A DNA stretch of 64,000 bases from Mobula hypostoma (Eukaryota). This document shows positions 26,321 to 38,300 of the stretch, in pieces. Position 1 is the first letter of the stretch; each line of letters opens with the position of its first letter. Where the stretch lies: assembly GCF_963921235.1 (NCBI RefSeq), contig NC_086101.1:8682001-8746000 (forward strand), given 5' to 3'. Position numbers and translations under genes: made by a program. A model generated the notes under the pieces. That model saw only the letters and a list, made by a program, of their open reading frames with translations, did not search any database and was not told where the DNA came from.

Positions 26321-27010
26321 CTATCTGATTCAAAGCAGAGATCCTGACTCTATTTGTCTCATAACAGCTCCTCATGTTCTGCCTGGGCAGCCTGCAACAT
26401 GGCGGCATAAACATTGAATTCTCAAACTTCTGGTGGTCGCTCCTGCTCTGTCACTTTCCCTGTTTAATTGTCTCTATCCTCCTGATTCACCAGCCCCATC
26501 ACCCTATCACTTCCCCCTCCTCCCCCACCCTCTGTCAGCCCATCACCCACAAACTCATCCCCGCCTCTCTCCCTTTATTCCAGGCTCCACTTTCCCCTCC
26601 TGTCAGATTCCAGAATCTTCAGCCCTTTGTCACTGACACCTCTCACCTCCCAGTATCTGACATATTTCCACACTCCACCCCTCCCTCATCTACCTGTCAC
26701 CCCCTCACCTGGATCCACCCATCATCTGCCCATTTCCCTCCATAGATTTTATCTGACACGCTGGGATACCCAGGTGTTTTGTGTTACGACCACTACATGT
26801 CCTGTGTGACCAAGATTCACCCTGACCTCCGTCTCCCAGTCAGCACCACCACCACTTGTCCCAGTTACCCTGTCAGTCCGGGTGGACTTTAGCACCCGGG
26901 GGAGCCGGGGAGCTCAGGACCCGCCACCCGCGGCTGCTGCTGAATCCGCGGTGTTTCTGTTCCGTTGATGGATGCGGTGAACAAGTTAAAATTAATAGAT
27001 CAATATCGTG

Positions 27011-27016
27011 TTTATT
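27011..27016 (-). terminator. Probable ancestral TRIM poly(A) signal AATAAA
   Basis: Lies 64 nt after the stop codon once the TSD-bounded L1 (27056-31755) is removed; retained in the duplicate at about 61266-61271. Confidence 0.55.
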
Positions 27017-27900
27017 TGACGCTCTGCACATTTATATTTACACTGACTTATTCCTTTTTCAATATTTTATTGGTTTCTTACAAGAAAGAATACAGAGTAC
27101 AGGAGGATATATATCATCTATCAATTGCAATATATTTGAATCACACTTATAATCTCATTACCCCATATTCATGCAAATTAAATTGAATCATAATACTGAA
27201 AAGTAATAATTTTATTATACAAAAAAATATAAACTCACTACCAAGAAAAGCTATTTGGTAAAGAAAGAAAAAAAGAAAAAAAAATCCTTATCATATAGTA
27301 AAATATATTATTAGCCAACTTCTGCACTTGATAACAAATCAAAGATTTTGAAAACAATTCAAAGAAGGTACACACAACATGAGAAAGCCTTGCCTTGATT
27401 CAGAAATTGAACAACGAATCTTCTCTAAATTGAAGTGTGACATAACATCGCGTAGCCATTGGGCATGAGTAGGCGGAGCAACATCCCTCCACCTGAGCAA
27501 CAACGCTCTCCAAGCTATAAGAGAAATAAAAGTCAAAATGTGCAGATCAGGTGTCTCCAAGGTAATATCTTTTCCTCCAACAATACCGAATATGGCAGTC
27601 AAAGGGTTTGGTTTAAAATTTACTTTAAAAAGTACAGAAAAAGTTTGAAATACATCCTTCCAGTATTTTTCAAGTCTCGGTCATGTCCTGAACATATGAA
27701 TTAATGAAGCCTCTCCACTGTTACATCTGTCACAATAGGGAGATATATACAAATAAAAAAGAGATAGCTTATCCTTAGTCATATGACCCCAATGGACCAC
27801 TTTAAATTGTAGGAGGGAGTGACGGGCACACAACGGTGAGGTATTAACCAATTTAAAAATTTCATTCCAAGTTTCCTCAGAAATTGAAATCTGTAAATCC

Positions 27901-28525
27901 AGGAGGAGAAGATGGTGACATGACACAGCGTGCAGCAGCCACTCCGGTGATGAACATCTGTTATCTGTCAAGTAGGGTGCCGTGCACAATCCTGATTTGA
28001 TGGAGACAGACGTGAGAGCGCGGAAGAACATCTGGTGAAACTTCTGAAATGCCTGTTTCGTTGCCGCTGCTACTGTGTGATCCTGAATCTCGGGAGGGGA
28101 ACGCCCCGAGTCCTCAGCTTTGCTTGCTGCTCGGCGACCAGGGTGGGGTCAAAGCGCTCGGCAGAGATGGTGCTCAGTGCTTGGTGTCGGAGGGCTGATC
28201 GGAGGCTCGAAGTTTTCGGATGGACTCAGAGTTGGCTGTGGTCGGGTGCTTCCAGGGTACTGCATCGGCAAGTTTGCGGCGCTGGAGGTTCATGGCGGGG
28301 AGAGTTTCTCCCTTCTATCGTCTGCGTGAGATAATGGGCTATCGGGACTTTGAGACTTTTTTTTTACCGTGCCCATGGTCTGCTCTTTATCAAATTACGG
28401 TATTGCTTTGCACTGTTGTAACTATATGTTATAATTATGTGTTTTTTGTCAGTTATAGTCTTGGTCTGTCCTGTGTTTCTGTGATACTGGAGGAAGATTG
28501 TATCATTTCTTAATGCATGCATTTC
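27901..28525 (+). mobile_element. Non-autonomous retroposon (AAGATGG.. 5' end), 3'-truncated by a deletion; complete copy at 62149-62815
   Basis: Interrupts L1 ORF2 at LWEQ|DLQI. The second copy ends in (TAAATC)n with a TAAATC target duplication. Confidence 0.7.
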
Positions 28526-28787
28526 CCTGAGTGCAATGAACGTACAGCCTCGGCAATTCCCTCATAAGAAATAGGCTGATGCAACTGTTTTCGGTTATCA
28601 TCAGAAAGTGTAGGGATGTTTAATTGATCTAAGAAATTATTCATTACAGTATTATCGTTAAGAGAATCAGACCTAGAAAGTTTAGAGTAAAATTCTCTAA
28701 AGTTATCTTTTATTTCTAAACGGTCAGTTGTCCTATCACCATCAGCTTTACAGATTTCTTTAAATGCCCTCTAACTATGAAGGTTTC

Positions 28788-31447
28788 CTGGATTTCAGTG
28801 CTTTAGAAGGGATAGAAAGGACAGAAAAAGGGGAGGAGGGGCAGCATGACTGGTCAGGGATACTATTACAGCTACAGAAAGGGTGGGTAATGTAGCAGGA
28901 TCCTCTTTTGAGTCAGAATGGGTGGAAGTCAGGAACAGGAAGGGAGTAGTTACTCTATTGGGGGTATTCTTTAGGCCCCCTGGTAGCAGCAGAGATACAG
29001 AGGAGCAGATTGGGAGGCAGATTTTGGAAAGGAGTAAAAATAACAGGATTGTTATTATGGGTGACTTTAACTTCCCTAATATTGATTGGCACCTGATTAG
29101 TTCCAAGGGTTTAGATGGGGCAGAGTTTGTTAAGTGTGTCCAGGACAGATTCCTGTCACAGTATGTGGACAGGCCAACTTAGGGGGGAATGCCATACTAG
29201 ATCTAGTACTAGGTAATGAACCGGATCAGGTCACAGATCTCTCAGTGGGTGAGCATCTGGGGGACAGTGACCACCACTCCCTGGCCTTTAGCATTATCAT
29301 GGAAAAGGATAGAATCAGAGAGGACAGGAAAATTTTTAATTGGGGAAAGGCAAATTATGAGGCTATAAGGCTAGAACTTGCGGGTGTGAATTGGGATGGT
29401 GTTTTTGCAGGGAAATGTACTATGGACATGTGGTCGATGTTTAGACATCTCTTGCAGGATGTTAAGGATAAACTTGTCCCGGTGAGGAAGATAAAGAATG
29501 GTAGGGTGAAGGAACCATGGGTGACAAGTGAGGTGGAAAATCTAGTCAGGTGGAAGAAGGCAGCATACATGAGGTTTAGGAAGCAAGGATCAGATGGGTC
29601 TATTAACGAATACGGGGAAGCAAGAAAGGAGCTTAAGAAGGGGCTGAGAAGAGCAAGAAGGGGGCATGAGAAGGCCTTGCCGAGTAGGGTAAAGGAAAAC
29701 CCCAAGGTATTCTTCAATTATGTGAAGAAAAAAAGGGTGACAGGAGTGAAGGTAGGACCGATTAGAGATAGAGGTGGGATGATGTGCCTGGAGGCTGTAG
29801 AAGTGAGCGAGGTCCTCAATGAATACTTCTCTTCTGTATTCACCAATGAGAGGGAAATTGATGATGGTGAGGACAATATGAGTGAGGTTGATGTTCTGGA
29901 GCATGTTGATATTAAGGGAGAGAAGGTGTTGGAGTTGTTAAAATACATTAGGACAGATAAGTCCCCGGCGCCTGACGGAATATTCCCCAGGCTGCTCCAC
30001 GAGGTGAGGGAAGAGATTGCTGAGCCTCTGGTTAGGATCTTTATGTCCTCCTTGTCCAAGGGAATGGTACCGGAGGAGTGGAGGGAGGTGAAAGTTGTCC
30101 CCTTGTTCAAAAAAGGTAGTAGGGATAGTCCAGGTAGTTATAGACCAGTGACCCTTACGTCTGTGGTGTGAAAGCTGTTGGAAAACTTTCTTAGAGATAG
30201 GATCTATGGGCATTTAGAGAATCATGGTCTGATCAGGGACAGCTTTGTGAAGGGCAGATCATGTCTAACAAGCCTGATAGAGTTCTTTGAGGAGGTGACC
30301 AGGCATATAGATGAGGGTAGTGCAGTGGATGTGATCTATATGGATTTTAGTAAGGCATTTGACAAGGTTCCACACGGTAGGCTTATTCAGAAAGTTAGAA
30401 GGCATGGGATCCAGGGAAGTTTGGCCAGGTGGATTCAGAATTCGCTTGCCTGCAGAAGGCAGAGGGTGGTGGTGGAGGGAGTACATTCAGATTGGAGGAT
30501 TGTGACTAGTGGTGTCCCACAAGGATCTGTTCTGGGACCTCTACTTTTCGTGATTTTTATTAATGACCTGGATGTGGGGGTAGAAGGGTGGGTTGGCAAG
30601 TTTGCAGAGGACACAAAGGTTGGTGGTGTTGTAGATAGTATAGAGGATTGTCAAAGATTGCAGAGAGACATTGATAGGATGCAGGAGTGGGCTGAGAAGT
30701 GGCAGATGGAGTTCAACCTGGAGAAGTGTGAGGTGGTACACTTTGGAAGGACAAACTCCAAGGCAGAGTACAAAGTAAATGGCAGGATACTTGGTAGTGT
30801 GGAGGAGCAGAGGGATCTCGGGGTATATGTCCACAGATCCCTGAAAGTTGCCTCACAAGTGGATAGGGTAGTTAAGAAAGCTTATGGGGTGTTAGCTTTC
30901 ATAAGTCGAGGGATAGAATTTAAGAGTCGCGATGTAATGATGCAGCTCTATAAGACTCTGGTTACCTCACTATAGGAAAGATTGGAAAGGGTACAGAGGA
31001 GATTTACCAGGATCCTGCCTGGTTTAGAAAGTATGCATTATGATCAGAGATTAAGGGAGCTAGGTCTTTACTCTTTGGAGAGAAGGAGGATGCGAGGAGA
31101 CATGATAGAGGTGTACAAGATAAAAAGAGGAACAGATAGAGTGGATAGCCAGCGCCTCTTCCCCAGGGCACCACTGCTCAATACAAGAGGACATGGCTTT
31201 AAGGTAAGGGGTGGGAAGTTCAAGAGGGATATTAGAGGAAGGTTTTTTACTCAGAGAGTGGTTGGTGTGTGGAATGCACTGCCTGAGTCAGTGGTGGAGG
31301 CAGATACACTAGTGAAGTTTAAGAGACTGCTAGACAGGTATATGGAGGAATTTAAGGTGGGGGCTTATATGGGAGGCAGGGTTTGAGGGTCGGCACAACA
31401 CTGTGGGCTGAAGGGCCTGTACTGTGCTGTATTATTCTATGTTCTAT
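28788..31447 (+). mobile_element. Young 5'-truncated CR1 (most of ORF2) inserted in L1
   Basis: ORFs of 99/345/265/134 aa with few disablements; TTCTATG tail; short GTTT duplication. Confidence 0.9.
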
Positions 31448-31798
31448 GTTTTCAATTGGTTAGCCAATAATTTAACTGTTTTGTCTGCATGAATATAAAA
31501 TTGCCTTTTATCTTTTAGGAGTTGAGTTTCAATTGGATATGTTAGAAGAACATCATATTTAGTTTTAATTTCAGCACACCTATTAAATAAAGCAGGTTCT
31601 GGAGCCAAGGCATATTTTTGATCTAATTGTTTCAACTGATTAGCTAGTTCAACTCTCTCTTTGTTAGCTTTTTTTCTGAACATTACGCGGGAACAGACTT
31701 CTAGTCTTATTATATGGGATGCCTTCAAGGCTCATATTAGAGGTCAAATTATTTCTTACACTGACTTACTCCTGACGCCGGTCCCGGACTCGACCCGT

Positions 31799-32331
31799 TT
31801 ACAGACCCGGAGCGGAACCGGAGCAGATTCTCAGCCACTCGTTTACATTCGCAGTCCAGAAGAAAGGATAAAGTTTCCCCGTGAATTTATTCCCTGTGAA
31901 GGTGTGGAGATGGGACTTGGTCTCCGCGTTGTAAATTGAAACTGTCCCGGACTGGTAACTGAGATAAACTGCCACCCTCCCGGGGATGGGACCGGCAGGG
32001 AGACGGGACTCAGGGGAGGTGAGAACCTTCATCACGTCATTAAACCGCCAAATGGTCCAGAATCCGAGTCCAGGGCCCACTTTGAACTCTCCCTTCCTCT
32101 TCACAGACTCTGCGGCGACTCCCAGACCCCAGCGCCGATTCCCCGTCACCTCCACCTCCCAGTAATGTCTCCCCGATGTGAATCCCTCCGACCCCAGCAC
32201 ACAAGCCCAGTCTGTGAACCTCTTCCCGGTGTCCGGGAGATCCCTCCGGGTCCCGGTCCGTCTCACACTCTTCCGATCCTCAGACACCTCGAGCAGCGGA
32301 CTCGCCGTTTCCACATCCAGGGTGACAGAGA
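31799..32331 (-). CDS. TRIM exon 6: PRY/SPRY (B30.2) domain
   Basis: ttctccccccag|TC TCT GTC ACC CTG GAT; phase 1 joins exon 5 (G+TC = Val); ends in TAA at 31799. Confidence 0.93.
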
Positions 32332-35300
32332 CTGGGGGGAGAAGCAGAGAATTAGAGAGTCCCCGGGGATCGGGGGGAGACTCGGGCAGCGCGGCCCCGG
32401 GACCGGACCGGGGGAGAGGCCGCTGGGCCTCAGGCTCAGTCGGGTGGCCGACAGGACCCTTTCCCGGGGTTTTACCCAAACACAGCGGATGGACAACCAA
32501 CATCTTCCCGAGATTTTTCCTCGCCATGGAGGTAACCAGATCCAAATCATGCAGACAAGAAAGTCTGCGGATGCTGGAAATCCAAAGCAACATACACAAA
32601 ACATTGGCCCAAATCATTGAGTGTTTATTCATATCCATAGATGCTGCCTGACCTGCTGATTTCCTCCAGCAGTTTGTGTGTGTTATTCTGCTCCAAATGT
32701 GGCCTTCCCACTGTCTTGTACACTCATAACATGACGTCCCAGCTCCTGTACTCAGTATTCTGACTGAAGAAGGCAATCATCTCCCGGTCGCTCTGTTCCA
32801 CAACACTCTCCAGGGCCCCACTGATTCCTGTGTAAATCCTGTCCTGGTTTGCCTTCCAAAATGCAACACGCACATCTCTCTGAATTAAAATCAATTTCCA
32901 TCCAACGGTCCAAAGACCCAATTAATCAAGATCTCATTGTAATCTTGGGAGAAACCATAAGCAACTGGGTTATGTAGTGGATAACAAAATACTGATGCGT
33001 TTTGGGGTGTTCTGGAGTTCAGAGTTCAATTGCAACACCATCTGTAAGGAGATTGTACGGTCTCCCCGTGACCTTGTGCATTTCCTCCGGGTCCTCCTGA
33101 TTCATCCCTCAGATTGGGGAGGAGTGGATAGCGAGGAAGACCATCATTACTTGCAGTGGGATCTGGACCAGCTGGAAAAATGGGCTGAAAAGTGTCAGTT
33201 GGAATTTAATGCAGACAAGTGTGAGCTGTTGTACTTTGGTAGGACCCCAGTGTAGGTCTTACACAGTGAATGGTCAGGCACTGAGGACTCTGTTCCACAG
33301 CAGATCTGGGAACACAGGTCTATAATTCATTGAAAGTAGTGTTACAGGTAGATAGGGTCACGAAAAAAGCTTTTCTTTGGCCTTCAAAAATCAAACTTTT
33401 GAGTACAGGAGATGGATGTTATGTTGAAGTTGTATGAGATGTTGGTGAGGCATTTGGAATATTGTGTGTAGTTTCGGTCACCTACCTACAGGAAAGATGT
33501 AAACAAGTTTGAAAGAGTACAGAGAAAATTTACAGCGATGTTGCAAGGACTGGAGGACCTGAGTCGTAAGGAAAAATTGAATAGGTCAGGACTTTATTCC
33601 TGTAACATAGAAGACTGAGGAGAGATTTGATAGAGGTATACAAAATTATGAGGGTATGCATAGGGAAAATGCAAGCAGGCTTTTTCCACAGATGTTGGGT
33701 GGGATTACAACCAGAGGTCATGGGTTAAAGGTGAAAGATGAAAAGTTTAAGGGGAACATGAGGGGAAACAGCTTCATTCAGAGGGTTGTGAGAGTGTGGA
33801 ACGAGCTGCCAGTGCAAGTGGTCCATACAAGCTCGATTTAAACATTTAAGAGAAGTTTGGACAGGTACATGGATGGCAGGAGTTGGAGGACGATGGTCCA
33901 CGCGGTACAGGTCGATGGGAGCAGGTAGTTTAAATGTTTCAGTACAGACCAGGTGGGCTGAAGGGCCTGTGCTGTTAGTTTCTATCACTCTGTGATGCTC
34001 GTACAAAGACACAGGACTCCAACTAGCCAACTACTGCACTTTCATCAGCTGTAATTTATTTGTTGAGATACAGCACGGAATAGGCCCTTCTGACCCTTTG
34101 ACCCCCACCACCCAGAAACCCCTGATTTAATCCGAGTCTCACCATGGGACAAGTTACAATAACCCCCGCCACCCAGCAACCCCTGATTTAATCCGAGCCT
34201 CACCACGGGACAAATTACAATGACCCCACCACCCAGCAACCCCTGATTTAATCCGAGCCTGACCATGAGACAAGTTACAATGACCCCCACCACCCAGAAA
34301 CCCCTGATTTAATCCGAGCCTGACCATGGGACAAGTTACAATGACCCTCACCACCCAGAAACCCCTGATTTAATCCGAGCCTGACCATGGGACAAGTTAC
34401 AATGACCCCCACCACCCAGGAACCCCTGATTTAATCTGAGCCTGACCATGGGACAAGTTGCAATGACTCCCACCACCCAGAAACCCCTGATTTAATCCGA
34501 GCCTCACCATGGGACAAGTTACAATGACCAATTAACCTGCCAAATGGTACGGGTTTGGACTGTGAAACCGGAGCACCTGGAAGAAACCCACGTGGTCATG
34601 GGGAACGTACAAACTCCTTACAGGCAGTGACGGGACATGAACCCGGGTCACTGGTACTGTAAAGCGTTGTGCTAACCACTATGCTACTGTACTGTCCATG
34701 CAGAAAACCAAGCTGGGTATCCCTGATTAGTCCTCACCTTTCCAAATGAATGTCGATCCTGTCTCTCAGAATCCCCTCCATTAATGTCCCCTCCACTGAC
34801 GTTAGGCTCACCGGTCTGTACTTCCCCGGCTTTTCCCTACAGCCGATCTTCAATAAATGTTCAACATTAGTCTCCCTCCAGTCTTCTGGCCCCTCACCCA
34901 CAGCTATCGATGACACACGTATCTCCAAAATGGGCTCCACACTTTCCTCCTGAGCTTCCCACAATGTCCTGGGATACACTTGATCAAGACCTGGGGATTT
35001 ATCGAACTTTATGCATTTCAGGACCTGCAGCACATTTGCTTGTGTAATGTGGAAGAAAATGAGGTCGATCATTTTCTGTAACACGGGGGAATTGAGGGTC
35101 CTGTGGAACTGGCACAGAAGAGGAGTTGAGGCCTGGGACAGAGGAATGATGACAGGGAAGGTTTAGAAGGATACGGGCCAAATGCAGGTAAATGGACTGG
35201 GAGGTGATCTGACAGAAATATATAAGGTTTTGAGGGGTGTAGATTGAGCAGAGGAGAAGGGGAGTGATGAGACAGGAGCCTGAAGTGACTGTGGACTGAA

Positions 35301-38300
35301 GATTGGTGAAAGATGGCGTGCAGGTAGCTCCAAGTAGCGGAAGGGTGGGGAGTGTGGACTGTGGGGTTGGGAGACACTGGGAAGTGAATGACAGGTGGAG
35401 ACCAACACAATGAAAATTTTGATTGCTAGTCGGAGCGAGGTTGCGGGAAGGTTGGGAGATGGGAAGGTGGGAGACAGCTGTGGGAGGATGAAAAACAGAA
35501 GCACAAAGACAGACCTGTGCTGGAATCTCATCAGTAAAGCAGGTTCCACTCTATCCGTCCATAGGGGAACTTCCAGTGGCCAAACATTTTAATTCCTTTT
35601 CTAAAATGTAGGTCCATGGCCACCTCTTGTGCCAAGATGAGGCCATCCTCAGGATGGAGGAGCAACACCTTATATTCTCCCTGGGTAGCCTCTGACCTGA
35701 TGGCATGAATATTGGTTTCCTCTTCAGGTGTAATTTTTCTCATCCCCTCCCCTCTTCTTCTACTCTCCACTCTGGCCTTTAACCTCTTCTCACCTCCCTA
35801 TCACTACTCCCTGGGTCCCCTCCTCCTTCCCTTTCTCTTATGGTCCACTCTCCTCTCCGATCAGATTCCTTCTTCTCCAGCCCTTTAGCTTTCCCACCCC
35901 CCTGGCTTCACCTATCACCTTCTAGCTAGCCTCTCTCCCCTCTCCCCACCTTTTTATTCTGCCATCTCCCCCCCTTCAATTTCAGTCCTGAAGACAGATC
36001 ACAGCCCAAAACATCAACTTTCTCACTGTCAGGGAAGTGGGTACATGTGGAATTTGCCGCCGAAGGAAGCCGTATAAACAGGTGTAATTAAAATATTATA
36101 AAATTAATTTAGACAGGTACAACGATAGGCAATGGTTAGAAGGATATGGGACAAACACATGGAAATGTGTCTGTGTCTCTGACGATGTGACCCATTCCGA
36201 TGTTGCATTTGGATATTATCAATATATTACTGTGTCTGAAGAGAATAGTTCAGGGCCCCAAACAGTACTTCCAAGTGAGGCAACACTTCACTTGTGAATC
36301 TGTTGGGGTCATCTATTGCATCCGGTGCTCCCGGTGCGGCCTCCTCTACATCGGTGAAACCCGACGCAGATTGGGGGACCGCTTCGTCGAGCACTTCCGC
36401 TCCGTCCGCCAAAACAGACAGGATCTCCCGGTAGCCACCCACTTCAACTCTGTTTCCCGCTCCCATTCGGATATGTCCATACATGGCCTCCTCTACTGCC
36501 ATGATGAGGCCAAACTCAGGTTGGAGGAGCAACACCTCATATACCATCTAGGTAGTCTCCAGCCCCTTGGTATGAACATAGAGTTCTCCAACTTCCGGTA
36601 ATTCCCTCCCCCTCCCTTCCTCTATCGCTATGTCACTCTGCCCCCTCCCCCAGCTGCCTATCACCTCCCTCATGGTTCCGCCTCCTTCTACTACCCATTG
36701 TGTTTTCCCCTATTCTTTCTTCACCTTTCCTGCCTATCACCTCCCTGCTTCCCCTCCCACACCCCTTTATCTTTCCCCTTACTGGTTTTTCACCTGGAAC
36801 CTACCAGCCTTCTCCTTCCCACCCTCCCCCTCCTTCTTTATAGGGCCTCTGCCCCTTCCCTCTACAGTCCTGACGAAGGGTTCCGGCCCTAAACGTAAAC
36901 CGCTCTTTTCCACAGATGTTGCCCGACCTGCTGAGTTCCCCCAGCGTGTTGTGAGTGTTGCTTTGACCTCAGCATCTGCAGATTATTTTGTTTGAGGAGA
37001 ATAGTTTCCAGGTGTCTGAGGGGACTAACAATGTGCAATGCTGGGGCTCTGACTACAATCTGCTAAACCTTCTTGTGAATGTGTGTGAGGGAGATTTGCC
37101 AGACCAGTTATGCTGTGTTCACCAGTGTTAATGTTGGTTGGTGTGTCCGGGCTCAGTCTTCAATGTGGTGGTTTGATAACAACAGTGAGACTCGCGAGTC
37201 CAGCAGGGGGCAGAGCTGAGTCAATCAGACTGCGGTCACGGACAGGTCAGACAGGGTGAGCGGCACGAAGGACTGGTGTATTTTTCTGACAATCCCTGTC
37301 ACCACAGTGATACCAGATTTTATCCCCTTTAACGTCACTAATGGAATATTCATTCCAGAGCTACCATGTCAGGATTCAAACTCGTGCATTGGCTTGTTTG
37401 TCCAGTGCAAATGGGATCAGGATGCAATGATTCACCTAACAGACCAGTGAATTGGTTGTAATTTGCCCCTGGTTTGGTGTGTTGAAGGGTCTGACATCTC
37501 CAGCTGACCATGTGGCAGTGATGTGTCCCAGCAGGTGGGGTTGGTGCCGGAATGAATCTGTATGTTTTACCTCGCTTAATGCTGTCCAACGGTTCTCCCA
37601 ATGCAATGTCGAACAAATAGGGGCGATAGAATTTTTCAACCAGTAGGGCACCATCTGTCACTGACAATGTCCGTTCTTCAGTACTAATCCTGTAAATATT
37701 ATACATGTAGTTATAAACTGAACATCAGTGATATTTGAACTATTTTACAAATCCATACAGAGTTTCAGTCAAGACCATGTCCTACCTCCTCTTCCGATGA
37801 GCTTCCTCCTGAAATAAATAAAACACAGATCTCAATTGACTGAGACTGACCGTCGGCATCTGAACAGCAGCAATCTGAGACAAGTTACTACAAGCTGCTG
37901 AAAATTCCCACTAAACTCACTCCCACTGACACACACGGAGAAAGAGGGACAGAGAACCACAGGTGAAAGTACAAGGAATGTTTATGAAATTTATATCATA
38001 ACTGGGAGGATAGAACTTACAGGAGAGACTGGACAGGTTGTGTATTTTTATCTAGATACGATGTCAGGGAGGATCAGATGGAGGAATTTAAGATTCCGAA
38101 TGGATTTGATGGGGTGGGACTGGAGAAAATATTTCTGCTTGTGTCAGACCAAAAGTGAAAGATAAAACGTCAGTTGGTTGTTTATAAATGCCACAAAAAC
38201 GTGGTGAAGAGAATATCAGAAACACATTCATAACCTATAACTGTAACTGGGTGTTACTCTTGAGTATCAGGGTATATTATATGTGGGAATCACAGAAACG

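Larger units (their letters stand above)
14476..28525 (+). repeat. Segmental duplication, copy 1
   Basis: Same ordered TE junctions and unique spacers as 52757-62758 (e.g. GAACTGAATGCG|AAAGAAAAATG at about 20582 and 56476). Confidence 0.9.
27056..31755 (-). mobile_element. Older L1 with short 5' inversion, inserted in the TRIM 3' UTR; contains later insertions
   Basis: 18-bp TSD TTACACTGACTTA(T/C)TCCT (27038-27055, 31756-31773). ORF2 fragments on the minus strand (27339-27900, 28526-28787, 31448-31677). Inverted piece on the plus strand at about 31670-31755 (WDAFKAHIRGQIISY). Confidence 0.85.

Noticed and set aside
26374..26745. 123-aa ORF conserved at 60629-61000
   Set aside because: A decayed Penelope terminus plus pyrimidine-rich UTR. 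The identity extends to non-coding flanks, consistent with conversion rather than coding constraint.
32332..32776. Upstream part of the 325-aa B30.2 ORF as a stand-alone gene
   Set aside because: Intron read-through that includes TE remnants; the strong acceptor at 32332 fits exon 5 phase.
34099..34529. CRISPR-like periodicity (about 61 bp)
   Set aside because: Whole units repeat with no unique spacers; it is a SINE-derived minisatellite in a vertebrate genome.
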